From: Candidatus Omnitrophota bacterium
Lineage (GTDB): Bacteria > Omnitrophota > Gorgyraeia > Zapsychrales > Aceulaceae
Assembly: GCA_028693815.1 (NCBI GenBank)
Contig: JAQUUP010000005.1
Coordinates: 104-64,103, forward strand
Direction of reading: 5' to 3'
DNA length: 64,000 nucleotides
The notes under the pieces were generated by a model. That model worked only from the letters and a program-made list of their open reading frames with translations. It made no database searches and had not been told where the DNA came from. How positions within the stretch are numbered: position 1 is the first letter of the stretch; each line of letters opens with the position of its first letter. The translations under genes and the position numbers were made by a program. Shown piece by piece: positions 19,001 through 28,023 of the stretch.

Positions 19001-22000
19001 CTCTATGTTCGGTCCTTTAAACCGTTTAATCTTAAGGTCAGAACCAATTTATTCGGAGCAGCGAACAGCTATAGAATCAAGGGTTGGTGATAGCACTTGT
19101 GTGATTGGTTATCGTGGAGAGGGAATTGATGGTATGGCCCAAAGAATCTTAAGTGAGGTTTTAACTGAGGCAGAAAAGACTCAGATAGAAAAAGCAAAAA
19201 AAGAGAAATTAGAAAAAATTGAGAAGGAAAAGGCTGAGCGAGAGCGAGTGGAGAAGGCGAGATTAGAGAAAATTGTGAAAGAAAAGGAGCAGCAAGCGAA
19301 GATCGCTGCAGAAAAGAAAGCTCAACGAGATGCAAAAAAGAAAGAAAGAGAAGAAAAAGAGCTAAAAATCAGAGCTTTTTCAAAGGATTATATAAAAGAG
19401 GCAGCAGCTGCAGAAATAATTTTAGAGAACATACTTCATAAGTACCCTCAGATGATGTTTGCGATTAGACTTTTTTCAAATGTTTATGAAAAAGCAGTAG
19501 GATTAGAGGAAAGTGATGACAATAATCAAATTGTAAGCGTGATTTCTGCTTTTTTTGCGATGCAAATAAAACGTCTTGCTTATAGGTCAGGAAAAACTTT
19601 AGATGAATATTTAGAGATCATATCTGGCAATGTCATTGACTCAGAAGGAAAAGTGACGCAACGAGAGGAAGTTGAAGAAATCAAGATTCTTTTGAGAGAT
19701 ATTTTAATTCATGAACTAATTAATGATGAGACGGATGAGTTAATGATTGAAAAGAAAGAAAAGGAATCAATGAGTGGTGACTTGATAATTAAAAAGATGC
19801 TAGACAATGGGATTCCGAAAGCTTTGGGAACTTCAGCGATAAATATTGAAGGATTATTAAGCGCATCTCAGGGAAGCGGTCAGGAAAAGAAAGTATCGCT
19901 GAACAAACAAGCAGCTCAAGCTGTCTCTTCGCTTCTGGATCAAATTTTTGATGATAAGTTTGATTTAGATGGCATAGAAAATCAGGAAAAACTTAAGAAG
20001 GAGATGGACCGCATTGGCTTGTTGATTTTAAGAGATTCGCAGCGAGATATATCTTCTAAAATAAAACATTGGGCGAAAGAGTTTCAAGGGTTTTCACAGG
20101 AAACAATTTTAAGTCGGTGGGCGAAATATAAAGAATCACAATTAAAGAATAAAAAAGATCTTTTGAAGTTTCATGTAACTCTTGCTGATGCGCAAAAAGG
20201 GTATTTGACGATTGAAGTAGTGCTTAAGCTTATCGAGCAGATGCAAGATATTTATAAAAAACTTGATGCAAAAGAAAGAAAAGAATTTTCTTTTCAAGAA
20301 TGGATTGATCTTTGGGATATCAAAATTGATTCTTTTGTTGATAATCTTTTTGATTGTTATCGTTTGGCTGATGGGACTTTTTATTTTTCTAAATTGCCAA
20401 ATTCGCTGCATCCATATTTTGTTAAAACTGGTAATAATTTATATGAATTAAAAGAAGCTTCTCATGGTAATCAGGTTAATTATTTTGACATTTGGTCCAA
20501 GTGGGTTTTTCCGGTTTTTCATAATTTTGAATCTGTTCCTGAAGCAAAAGTCCCTGGCATGCTCAATGCTGATGTGACGTTTTTCATGAATGATCCGAAA
20601 AGATTGGACAGTACTTTTTATACTTATAATGTGTTTCGCATGTTTGAGAAATTTCTAGCGAATATTTCAGTTGATAAGTTTTTTATTTTTAATGTTGATC
20701 ATGGAAAAGAAAAGCTTCCAGCACAAGCAACTGGTATTGTGCGTTATAAGAAAGATGGGACGAGGGATTTGGTGGGTCAGACAAAGGATTTTAAAGATAA
20801 AATAATAAAACTGTTATCAGAGAAGAGATTTTTACAAAACGCGGATTTAAATGGCTTACTGCTTGCTCTTTATGTTCTAGCTGACGAGACGGATGTTGAT
20901 CTTTTGCAATGGTATGGACAATATAAAATTGTCGAAGATCTCTTTGAGGGGGACAGGAGTGGAAATGGCCTTAGTTCTGAGAATAATATCGCACGTGCAC
21001 GTCATTTTGATCGCGGTGTACGCACGTTAGCATTTTATATCTTAGATAAGCTTGCTGGTGGTTTTGAAAAGTTTACAGAAGATTCCTTTGTTGACATAAA
21101 TAAGATTCAGAGCTCGGATGTTGTTATTTTTAAGGAGATAATTCTTCCGTCCGAATATTATAATCAGACAAAGTTCCCTGTTCTTGAGATGGTGGAGGGT
21201 GGATATATAACTTCTGGTGTAGCTGCTCAGATGATACAAATAGAATCTATGTTTTCTCTTGAGCCGCGTGCGTTTAATATTCTTAAGTTAATTCACGGCT
21301 TAGGGCAATCGCTTATTATGGAACCATCTCTTGATCGTAGCGTTTATGTTTTGGGTGATCAAATTCGGGCTGCAAGCAAAGGGTTTCATCCTGCTCATTT
21401 TGCTGAAGATGCACACCGTTACGTGGATTCTGACGGAGTTGTTTTTACACTAGAAGAGGTTGCGCAGAAGAAAAAAACAAAAGAAGAATTCGTAGCAACT
21501 AATACTGATTCAATGGATCTGATCGATTTATCATTAGATGAATATGCTAGGGTTTTTGAGAATTTAACAAGCAAGATTGATTTATCTGTTTTGATTAATT
21601 TGACATTAGAGAAGTATGCTGAGACGCTTACTATGGCTGTAAATTTCTCAGTGCAAAGATATTTGCCTTTGATCAAGAAAGTTATTGAAATACGTAATGA
21701 ATATTTTGAACGATATCAACAATATCCTGCGATTTCTATTGTCAGTAATCGTGATCAAGTTCCAAATGATGCTTTTATTGAGCCAAAAGAAATGAACAAT
21801 AGGGATATCGCAAATAAAATTTTAGGTACAGGACTTCCTGACATTATCCCTCTTAATGGTCAATTGGTCGAAAATTTAGCCGTAGAGCATATTGAGAGCT
21901 TGTTATCTTCTGGGGATGACACACAAGTTTTAAAGCCAGTTGATTCGAATGATAATCGACTTTTTCCTGCGCTGGCCGCAGATCAACTACTCCAAATTTT

Positions 22001-25000
22001 TGGGATCATCAATGCTTCAAGCAAATCAATGGCAATGATTAATCATATTGCTCGTCAGTTTCAGACGAAAGAAGATCTTGAAGATCTTTTGGCTTGTGTT
22101 TTGGGTAATTTTTCTTCCAAGCTTTCTTATCGATCTTCTTTGACCGCTAATTTTATTGTACAAAAAGGTTTTGCCACAAATGAGCAGATGTCAATGGCCT
22201 TTGGGCCGGCCTATCGTTATGACTCCTTTAATCCGTATTATTCTTTAGACAATATTCATTTCTTTGATATTCCAGAATACGGAGTTCCTCAGAATATTAA
22301 TTTTTCATATTATTTTGATTCAAATGAAAAGGCAATTCTTTATCAAATAGCGGAGAATAAGGGTGGGCATGAATTTGTCCGCTATGAATATTCTGGATCT
22401 AAGAGGATTAGTAAAGATTTTGTCCGAGATAGAAAAGAAGATCTTAATTCTGATATTGCAGAGGTTTTAATTGCTTTGGATCGTTTGGCAAATAAAACTC
22501 TTGATTTTGCAGATAAGAAATATGGGGATTTTAAATTAGATGTAGAAAAAGAATTTGGAGCAAAGATTGATGATAGCAATAAATATTTGTTTCTTGAAAA
22601 ATTGCTTGATGCTGTGCTTGATGCTTTGCAAGAAACAGAAATATCTAATGATGGTGAGTTTCTTGACATGCTTTTAAAGGTAGAAAGGGGTGTTGTTTTA
22701 GCAAAAACATTAATTGAGACACGAAATAGTATGGACGAGCTATATCCGTTTGCTTTAGAAAATCGGGTCGAGAATTTTGAATATATTGAGAAGCGTATTG
22801 AAGAATCTAAAGAAGATCAAAAAATAAATATGTATATTGAGCAGAGATTTGCTGGTGCGATTTCAGAGAATTTTCGCGCTTTGATTGAGGGGCTTCTCCA
22901 GTCTAGTCCAAGGATTAAGGTGGATCTTTATATTTTGAGTGATGATCCAAATTATGATTTTGTTCCAAGGAATGGAAATCAAATTGTCGATCCTTATCAA
23001 GGATTTACGACTACGGTTGTTCGCAGTTTAGATGAGCTTGAAGTAATCAAAAAACAAGATTGTCTTCATGTTGGATTGAATTATGATGATTTTGAAAATC
23101 CTCAAGACGAAAATATTTTTGTTGTGGATCTTGCGCATAATGTTCAAGGGGAACTTGATTTTTCACTGAAACGCCAAGAATTATCAACGAGACTCAATCT
23201 TGATCTAGATGATCCTTCTGGATCTATTCCGATCAATCCAGCTTTATTGAAACGAAAAAAGATTCGTAACGAAATTTGGTCTTTAGATGATCTCCTGAGA
23301 CGCAGAGGCGCATTTTTAGATAAAATTTTAACTTCTAAGCAGTTGGAAGTATTGCAATCGAGCGTAGATGCGTTGCCGGACGGCAAAAGCGTTTTTAATG
23401 TTAACATGTCTGTTTTGTCATATATGTCACCAAGTAATCTAGAAAAGTTTCTAGAAGAGATGAGTATCTTAAGATCAGCTATTCTTGATGATGATTTGAA
23501 TGATATTTTTATTAGCGCTGGAGAGGAGCACGGTAAGCAGATTGTTCTTCTTTGGGAGGATTCAGGGTACGTAGCCGAGAGGCTTGATCTTAAGAAGTTA
23601 ACAGATGACATTGGGATTACAGTTATTGACCAAGCTGGAGAGGTTTATCCCGGATTAAAAGAAAAAAGAATTCCTGTAACAATTATTCGCTGTCATGAGT
23701 TGAGTGAAAAACAAAGAAAAGAACTCTTTTCTGAATTGGCTGGAACGGCGAAAATAGTAGAAAAAGATTTGGGTAATGGAAAAGGAAAGAGTAGATTCTT
23801 TGTTGATTTCCCGATTTATATTTCTGGTATGTCTTCGAAATTTTTTAATTTATTATCCACAGGGTCGATGTTTATTCACGATAATTTTGTGATCAAGACT
23901 GGTGAAATGAAATCTTATCTTCAAAATATTCTTAGAAGGGCTTTTGCTTTTGAATCGAAGGATCGGAATAATGGCCCAGCAATTCATAAAGCAGAAATCC
24001 TTGTGCCTGATATGATCATGGGAGGCCAGGCAAAGAATTCTAGGATAGTGATTCAGAAAGGATCTCATAACAACGAAATAAAGACTGCTGCCACATTTGG
24101 GCCAATGTTTGCTTTGGGGAAATATTCTGATCTTGTTGGTAGAACACTGCATTCGCAATCGATTGCTGAAACTTTTTCTAATTTTTCAGCTGTTGAAGAT
24201 TTGCTCTGCGGGATTGCTGGAAGGATTATTGAAGCAGAGGATGTTCCTAATAAATCATCTGTTTTTATTAAATCAAAAGCAGATTCTGATCAATTGGGCA
24301 GTGCAGCACAACCCAAAGAACAGCCTTCGTCTTCAACTAAGAAATTTTTTCCCCCGAAAGAACATTCTCTTTATGCAGGGTTTATGTGGTTGCAACAAAA
24401 TAGTCCGGAATATTTTAATCTTTTTATCAAAAAAGCAAAGAATCCTAATATGGTTATTAAGGATAAAAGTTTTATTGCTGCTGTTACGGATTGCGGGTTG
24501 TGGAACGGCAAGGATGGAGAAGCCGGAGATATTTTGCCAGAAGCAAGGCAATTTGTATTGGACAGCATTAAGGCGTCCGAAGATGAGGCAGGTAACTTTG
24601 ATGAAGGGGCCGATGTATCAAGTAGTGCCATTAGCGATCATTTTAAGGTTGATGATCAAGGACATATAAAATATGTTGATGAAAATTTTAAAGAAAATCC
24701 TACTATCAAACTTGATTTTGAAATGATTGGTTTTCGTCATATGATTACGTTTGCGAATGAACAAGGAATTCTGCAAGGGGGGCCTAGTAACGGTGAAGAT
24801 AATAAGCTAAGTGAAGAAGGAAAAAGGCAGGCCACAGAGGATTTAGCTCCAGCACTTTATGCAATGCTTAAAGAAAAAATTGAGCAAGGAAAGAAAATAG
24901 TGATTGCTCTTAGTGAGGCAGACAGGACGATTGAAAGTATTCAGCCCTTTATTAATTTTGTTAAGGAAACACTCGGCATTGATTTAGAGGTTAAGGTCTA

Positions 25001-25655
25001 TCCTCAGTCCAACGAAAGATCTTTTGGCAACTATGAAGGGAAAACATTGAGCGAGTTTCAGGAAAGTGATTCGGAGACTTACATAAAGGTTATTAAAAAG
25101 TTTGATTCTACAGCTAAAATAGGAGGAGGCGAAAGCGATATCGATGCTCTCAGCCGTTCTTATGATTTTCTTCAAGCGCTGAAAAAAGAGTATGATAACA
25201 CGGACACAACCGTTGTCCTTGTAAATCATGGAATGTTTCTTCTTGCTTGCTTGGCTAATTTGGGACACAATCGGGTTGCGGATGAAAACGAAAATATTAA
25301 TTTCTGGAAATTTGATGGTACATTTCCTGGTCATGGCGAAATTATTAATCTTTCTGACCCTAAGAGCGATTATGAAAAAAAATCTGGCATAATTTCTGCA
25401 TATGATCCGAAAGCAAGCACAGGCGGTATTGATTTTAGTTCTGATAAACTTGATTTGGAAACTAGAGGCCAGGGGATTGATTTTACGATTCCAGATGAAT
25501 TGCGTAATATCGATTGGGCGGACGTTGATGGGCTTGTTCCTATGATTATTGAGATTATTCCATTGGTCAATTTCCAGGGATTTGTGCGGGGAGAAGATGA
25601 GGCTGAGTTTCTTAAGGAACAAGATTTAGCTTATTTTGATTTGACAAAGTCATAA
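16017..25655 (+). CDS. giant secreted multidomain protein (3212 aa), paralog 2
   Basis: The 9.6-kb ORF is uninterrupted and the product has a signal peptide. The N-terminal module is homologous to giant1. A HAD-like motif (IFINLDGT...ILWSSN) lies at about 18655-18900. A K/E-rich coiled coil lies at about 19170-19380. A histidine-phosphatase-like region lies at about 24700-25330 (RHM...LSEEGKRQA ... VVLVNHG). Confidence 0.85.
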   Translation: MVQKIKSKRLRSFFRGASIFVLVCFVQTCIVPFGIPQAHAQGLLSLPVPGASVSLTPAFSPATLIGLKIHPENPLRVDFVVDSGDFGLSNQAFKSETEKLIKYFLAALTIPEKDLWVNLSPYEENRIVADNFAQTEMGRDLLAQDYILKQITASLIYPDDELGKEFWKRIYQKAYEEYGTANIPVDAFNKVWIVPKKAVVYENGDRVFVAESSLSVMVEQDYLAMTKHSQGSSDVSVGVPTSDVGYKSGKEVGSSGKVMLETDYVALQAKQQVSSEEHLVYGDNQQPNTISQIPNTDNKLASDIVREIIIPALEKEVNQGKNFAQLRQIYNAVILAAWFKTNLKNALLNEVYSDQSKVSGVDVEDKKITDKIYQRYLEAFKKGVCNFVKVEYDENEHKNVPRKYFSGGTDLALSSSGILEKTNQSSSVIPSGKCALVEQNFSVFSSTVVEKIKIKEEEPFSDILKDVSDNELFILKDILRNLNVHFAESESDLINVEKFSFKNIILKLKKILDKHGDEKNKLDLQDPRSEALIGSIKLQDDGIISIVHPMFTTSGVHVENYPIVVFAQNIAAANYEQVRIRHWINFFREHDKNLDIAIKDGRFGTIIKFWIEGSDALGLKRPKVVAKRKEAYRAKVLEFKQIGASGRNGSGSKNFNAFQSNGKRDIDFEYDDEFVVNSILDISPQELGKVSREQLIQKLASLMAMLAGKGSQEMELSTSKDKEPLWLDFRTESAIERNFSSFELFLEEVFGQEGDKEKISPYKAYFFSKGHRKNGSNGKSFFTPRKIVLTIDRKLLKNFIMKYKEKHAGEGNESDRVYIDEDNLRKYYILSLWLDRMIELFEKERVVERYGRIVVDKEKFVGGRAYSEDFKSFVELKSEKNIFINLDGTIAVYDRESDQKGYRFYDDADKLYDELKTLKDNGFNIILWSSNYEWFIRHNFVRESRHKKWIDLFSFIITQENYRAPTDVELSETYLSEEFADAKKLYGIFDSFKDVSMFGPLNRLILRSEPIYSEQRTAIESRVGDSTCVIGYRGEGIDGMAQRILSEVLTEAEKTQIEKAKKEKLEKIEKEKAERERVEKARLEKIVKEKEQQAKIAAEKKAQRDAKKKEREEKELKIRAFSKDYIKEAAAAEIILENILHKYPQMMFAIRLFSNVYEKAVGLEESDDNNQIVSVISAFFAMQIKRLAYRSGKTLDEYLEIISGNVIDSEGKVTQREEVEEIKILLRDILIHELINDETDELMIEKKEKESMSGDLIIKKMLDNGIPKALGTSAINIEGLLSASQGSGQEKKVSLNKQAAQAVSSLLDQIFDDKFDLDGIENQEKLKKEMDRIGLLILRDSQRDISSKIKHWAKEFQGFSQETILSRWAKYKESQLKNKKDLLKFHVTLADAQKGYLTIEVVLKLIEQMQDIYKKLDAKERKEFSFQEWIDLWDIKIDSFVDNLFDCYRLADGTFYFSKLPNSLHPYFVKTGNNLYELKEASHGNQVNYFDIWSKWVFPVFHNFESVPEAKVPGMLNADVTFFMNDPKRLDSTFYTYNVFRMFEKFLANISVDKFFIFNVDHGKEKLPAQATGIVRYKKDGTRDLVGQTKDFKDKIIKLLSEKRFLQNADLNGLLLALYVLADETDVDLLQWYGQYKIVEDLFEGDRSGNGLSSENNIARARHFDRGVRTLAFYILDKLAGGFEKFTEDSFVDINKIQSSDVVIFKEIILPSEYYNQTKFPVLEMVEGGYITSGVAAQMIQIESMFSLEPRAFNILKLIHGLGQSLIMEPSLDRSVYVLGDQIRAASKGFHPAHFAEDAHRYVDSDGVVFTLEEVAQKKKTKEEFVATNTDSMDLIDLSLDEYARVFENLTSKIDLSVLINLTLEKYAETLTMAVNFSVQRYLPLIKKVIEIRNEYFERYQQYPAISIVSNRDQVPNDAFIEPKEMNNRDIANKILGTGLPDIIPLNGQLVENLAVEHIESLLSSGDDTQVLKPVDSNDNRLFPALAADQLLQIFGIINASSKSMAMINHIARQFQTKEDLEDLLACVLGNFSSKLSYRSSLTANFIVQKGFATNEQMSMAFGPAYRYDSFNPYYSLDNIHFFDIPEYGVPQNINFSYYFDSNEKAILYQIAENKGGHEFVRYEYSGSKRISKDFVRDRKEDLNSDIAEVLIALDRLANKTLDFADKKYGDFKLDVEKEFGAKIDDSNKYLFLEKLLDAVLDALQETEISNDGEFLDMLLKVERGVVLAKTLIETRNSMDELYPFALENRVENFEYIEKRIEESKEDQKINMYIEQRFAGAISENFRALIEGLLQSSPRIKVDLYILSDDPNYDFVPRNGNQIVDPYQGFTTTVVRSLDELEVIKKQDCLHVGLNYDDFENPQDENIFVVDLAHNVQGELDFSLKRQELSTRLNLDLDDPSGSIPINPALLKRKKIRNEIWSLDDLLRRRGAFLDKILTSKQLEVLQSSVDALPDGKSVFNVNMSVLSYMSPSNLEKFLEEMSILRSAILDDDLNDIFISAGEEHGKQIVLLWEDSGYVAERLDLKKLTDDIGITVIDQAGEVYPGLKEKRIPVTIIRCHELSEKQRKELFSELAGTAKIVEKDLGNGKGKSRFFVDFPIYISGMSSKFFNLLSTGSMFIHDNFVIKTGEMKSYLQNILRRAFAFESKDRNNGPAIHKAEILVPDMIMGGQAKNSRIVIQKGSHNNEIKTAATFGPMFALGKYSDLVGRTLHSQSIAETFSNFSAVEDLLCGIAGRIIEAEDVPNKSSVFIKSKADSDQLGSAAQPKEQPSSSTKKFFPPKEHSLYAGFMWLQQNSPEYFNLFIKKAKNPNMVIKDKSFIAAVTDCGLWNGKDGEAGDILPEARQFVLDSIKASEDEAGNFDEGADVSSSAISDHFKVDDQGHIKYVDENFKENPTIKLDFEMIGFRHMITFANEQGILQGGPSNGEDNKLSEEGKRQATEDLAPALYAMLKEKIEQGKKIVIALSEADRTIESIQPFINFVKETLGIDLEVKVYPQSNERSFGNYEGKTLSEFQESDSETYIKVIKKFDSTAKIGGGESDIDALSRSYDFLQALKKEYDNTDTTVVLVNHGMFLLACLANLGHNRVADENENINFWKFDGTFPGHGEIINLSDPKSDYEKKSGIISAYDPKASTGGIDFSSDKLDLETRGQGIDFTIPDELRNIDWADVDGLVPMIIEIIPLVNFQGFVRGEDEAEFLKEQDLAYFDLTKS

Positions 25656-25708
25656 ATATTCGATAAACTCTATACACTTAATTCAGTAAACTAACGAAAG
25701 GAGTTTCC

Positions 25709-25879
25709 ATGGAAGAGTTATCTTTCTACGATGTAAAAACAAAGGCAAAATTCAACTCTAGCGAATATGAGGTTAGAGAAAAAAGTGGTCGTTTTTTTGC
25801 TGTTACAAAATCACAGCAAGGAACACATGAATGCTGGAGAGTTCTTTCTAAAGATCAAGCAGCAAAATTAAAGAAGTAA
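25709..25879 (+). CDS. small hypothetical protein (56 aa), absent from the ORF track
   Basis: An AGGAG RBS lies 7 nt upstream of the ATG. The product is MEELSFYDVKTKAKF...CWRVLSKDQAAKLKK. Confidence 0.45.
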   Translation: MEELSFYDVKTKAKFNSSEYEVREKSGRFFAVTKSQQGTHECWRVLSKDQAAKLKK

Positions 25880-25955
25880 TCCGGTAAAACGAATTTATTG
25901 ATCACATGCATAAATTTTTTTACGGGCAAAAGCGTACATTAGGCTCGGTTAAGAT

Positions 25956-26339
25956 TTGACAAAAAAATCTTCTGTTACAAGTAAAAAACCCCAGCGGACC
26001 TCAAAGAAAACCATTCAATTGATTGCGGAGCTTGCCTTAAGCAAGAAAGCAGAAGATTTGGTTGTACTTGATATTCGGAAAGTCGCAAATTTTTGTGATT
26101 ATTTTATTATTTGCTCTGGAAATTCTGATCGTCAGGTTAAAGCCATTGCTGATGGGATGCGTGAGGGCCTTAGTGAACAAGGTACTTTTGTGGCTCGTCC
26201 ACAAGGTTACCGCGATGCTAAGTGGATTATTATTGATATTGGAGATGTCGTGGTTCATGTTTTCGAAAAACAAGCGCGGGAGTTTTACGGGTTAGAGTAT
26301 CTCTGGCAAGGCGGAAAAAAAATTGATTGGCAAAAGTAA
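25956..26339 (+). CDS. rsfS: ribosomal silencing factor RsfS (Iojap family)
   Basis: It contains DYFIICSGNSDRQVKAIAD and DIGDVVVHVF motifs. The apparent start codon is TTG. Confidence 0.8.
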   Translation: MTKKSSVTSKKPQRTSKKTIQLIAELALSKKAEDLVVLDIRKVANFCDYFIICSGNSDRQVKAIADGMREGLSEQGTFVARPQGYRDAKWIIIDIGDVVVHVFEKQAREFYGLEYLWQGGKKIDWQK

Positions 26340-26347
26340 ATTCGCTT

Positions 26348-28021
26348 ATGCTAGTAAATTTCAAGATCCAATTAGAAGATTTCATTAAAAAGTCACTCGA
26401 AGGAGCCACCCAAGGCTCCTTTGAGCTTCCTTCCATTGAGTTAGAAAAACCAAAAGAAAAAACGCATGGTGATTTTTCATCTAACGTTGCTTTACGTTGT
26501 GCCAAAATTTTCAAAAAAAGTCCTATGGCTATTGCCGAAGAATTTAAAGGGCTTATTATCCAGTCTATTGAAAATTCTCCCTTAAAGAGCAAAATTAAAT
26601 CTGTTGAAGTTAGCCCGCCAGGATTTATTAATTTCTTTTTATCTGATAAAGTATTCTGCGATATCCTTGAAGATATTTTGCGATTAGGTTCTCAGTTTGG
26701 AAAATCAAGTATTGGTAAGGGGCAGAAAATTCAGATTGAATTTGTTTCGGCTAATCCTACAGGGCCTCTGACCGTTGCTCATGCACGTCAAGCTGCCGTC
26801 GGAGATGTGCTGGGTAATATTTTAGGATTCTTAGGTTTTGAGGTAAAAAAAGAATATTATATTAATGACGAGGGAAATCAGATTAAGATTTTGGGTCAAT
26901 CGATTCGGCTTAGAGCACGCGAAATTTTAGGTGATACTATTGAGTTTCCGGAAGATCATTATCAGGGAAGTTACATTAAAGATATTGCCAATGATTTCTT
27001 AAGGGAAAATCAAATTAAGGATATCGTTGGGCTTGAAAAGAAAAAAGAAAAAGATTTTGAAGAATTTGGCGTTATATATCTTTTAGACCGAATCAAAAAT
27101 GATTTAAAAGATTTTGGTGTTCAGTTTGACACTTGGACATCGCAAGCTAAAGTTGCTAATCCAGAGAGCGTTAAAAAAGCTTTGGAGTCGATTGCTGCAA
27201 AAGGGCATATTTATACTGAAGAGGGTGCGACATGGTTTCGCACAACCGCATTGGGTGATGACAAAGATCGCGTTGTTAAAAAGTCTGATGGTCAATATAC
27301 GTATTTGGCGCCGGACATTGCCTATCATAAAAATAAATTTGAGCGGGGATTTAATCGTGTTATTGATATTTTGGGTCCGGACCATCATGGATACGTGGCT
27401 CGACTTAAGGCAGCTGTCCAAGCCCTTGGTTATGATTCAAGGAATTTGGATGTTTTGATTGTTCAGCTAGCTACGCTTTATCGAGATGGCAAACCTTTGT
27501 CAATGTCAACGCGCAAAGGAGAATTTATCAGTTTGCGCGAAGTTATCGATGAGGTGGGCGTTGATGCGGCTCGATTTTTCTTTTTGATGAGACATATTAA
27601 AATTCATTTGGATTTTGATTTAGAACTTGCCAAAGAACAATCTCCAGAAAATCCTGTTTATTATATTCAGTATGCGCATGCGCGCATTAAAAGTATTTTC
27701 GCGAAAGCAAAGGAACAAAAATTTAAACCTTCAAAGAAAAACTTCTCATCTTTTCAGGAACCTGAAGAGATTGATTTAATCCAAAAAATGGCAGCATTTG
27801 AAGATGCGCTTGCAATCTGTTTGGTTCAGCTTGATCCGTTTGGTATGGTTTCGTATCTTATGGACTTAGCAGGTTGTTTTCATAAGTTTTATGATAAGCA
27901 TAAAGTGATTGGGGATGACCCAAAATTGTCTTCAGACCGTCTTGTTTTAATTGAGGCGGCGCGCATTGTATTTGCTAATGGATTAAATCTTTTAGGTGTA
28001 AGCGTTCCGGAAAAGATGTAG
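26348..28021 (+). CDS. argS: arginine--tRNA ligase
   Basis: It has SANPTGPLTVAHAR (the HIGH-region analogue) and an MSTRKG motif. The start could also be 26327, which would overlap rsfS. Confidence 0.85.
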   Translation: MLVNFKIQLEDFIKKSLEGATQGSFELPSIELEKPKEKTHGDFSSNVALRCAKIFKKSPMAIAEEFKGLIIQSIENSPLKSKIKSVEVSPPGFINFFLSDKVFCDILEDILRLGSQFGKSSIGKGQKIQIEFVSANPTGPLTVAHARQAAVGDVLGNILGFLGFEVKKEYYINDEGNQIKILGQSIRLRAREILGDTIEFPEDHYQGSYIKDIANDFLRENQIKDIVGLEKKKEKDFEEFGVIYLLDRIKNDLKDFGVQFDTWTSQAKVANPESVKKALESIAAKGHIYTEEGATWFRTTALGDDKDRVVKKSDGQYTYLAPDIAYHKNKFERGFNRVIDILGPDHHGYVARLKAAVQALGYDSRNLDVLIVQLATLYRDGKPLSMSTRKGEFISLREVIDEVGVDAARFFFLMRHIKIHLDFDLELAKEQSPENPVYYIQYAHARIKSIFAKAKEQKFKPSKKNFSSFQEPEEIDLIQKMAAFEDALAICLVQLDPFGMVSYLMDLAGCFHKFYDKHKVIGDDPKLSSDRLVLIEAARIVFANGLNLLGVSVPEKM

Positions 28022-28023
28022 TC

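Noticed and set aside
23144-25622. Minus-strand ORFs of 155, 101, 86, 72 and 212 aa inside the giant2 gene, and similar antisense ORFs in gpmI, pgsA and pgpA
   Set aside because: They lie entirely antisense to long ORFs with clear homology. They are low-complexity and have no RBS, so they are typical shadow ORFs.
16017-25655. The giant ORF as a pseudogene or a fusion artefact of several genes
   Set aside because: The frame is continuous over 9.6 kb with no internal stops or frameshifts. It has one N-terminal signal peptide. Assembly correctness cannot be verified here.
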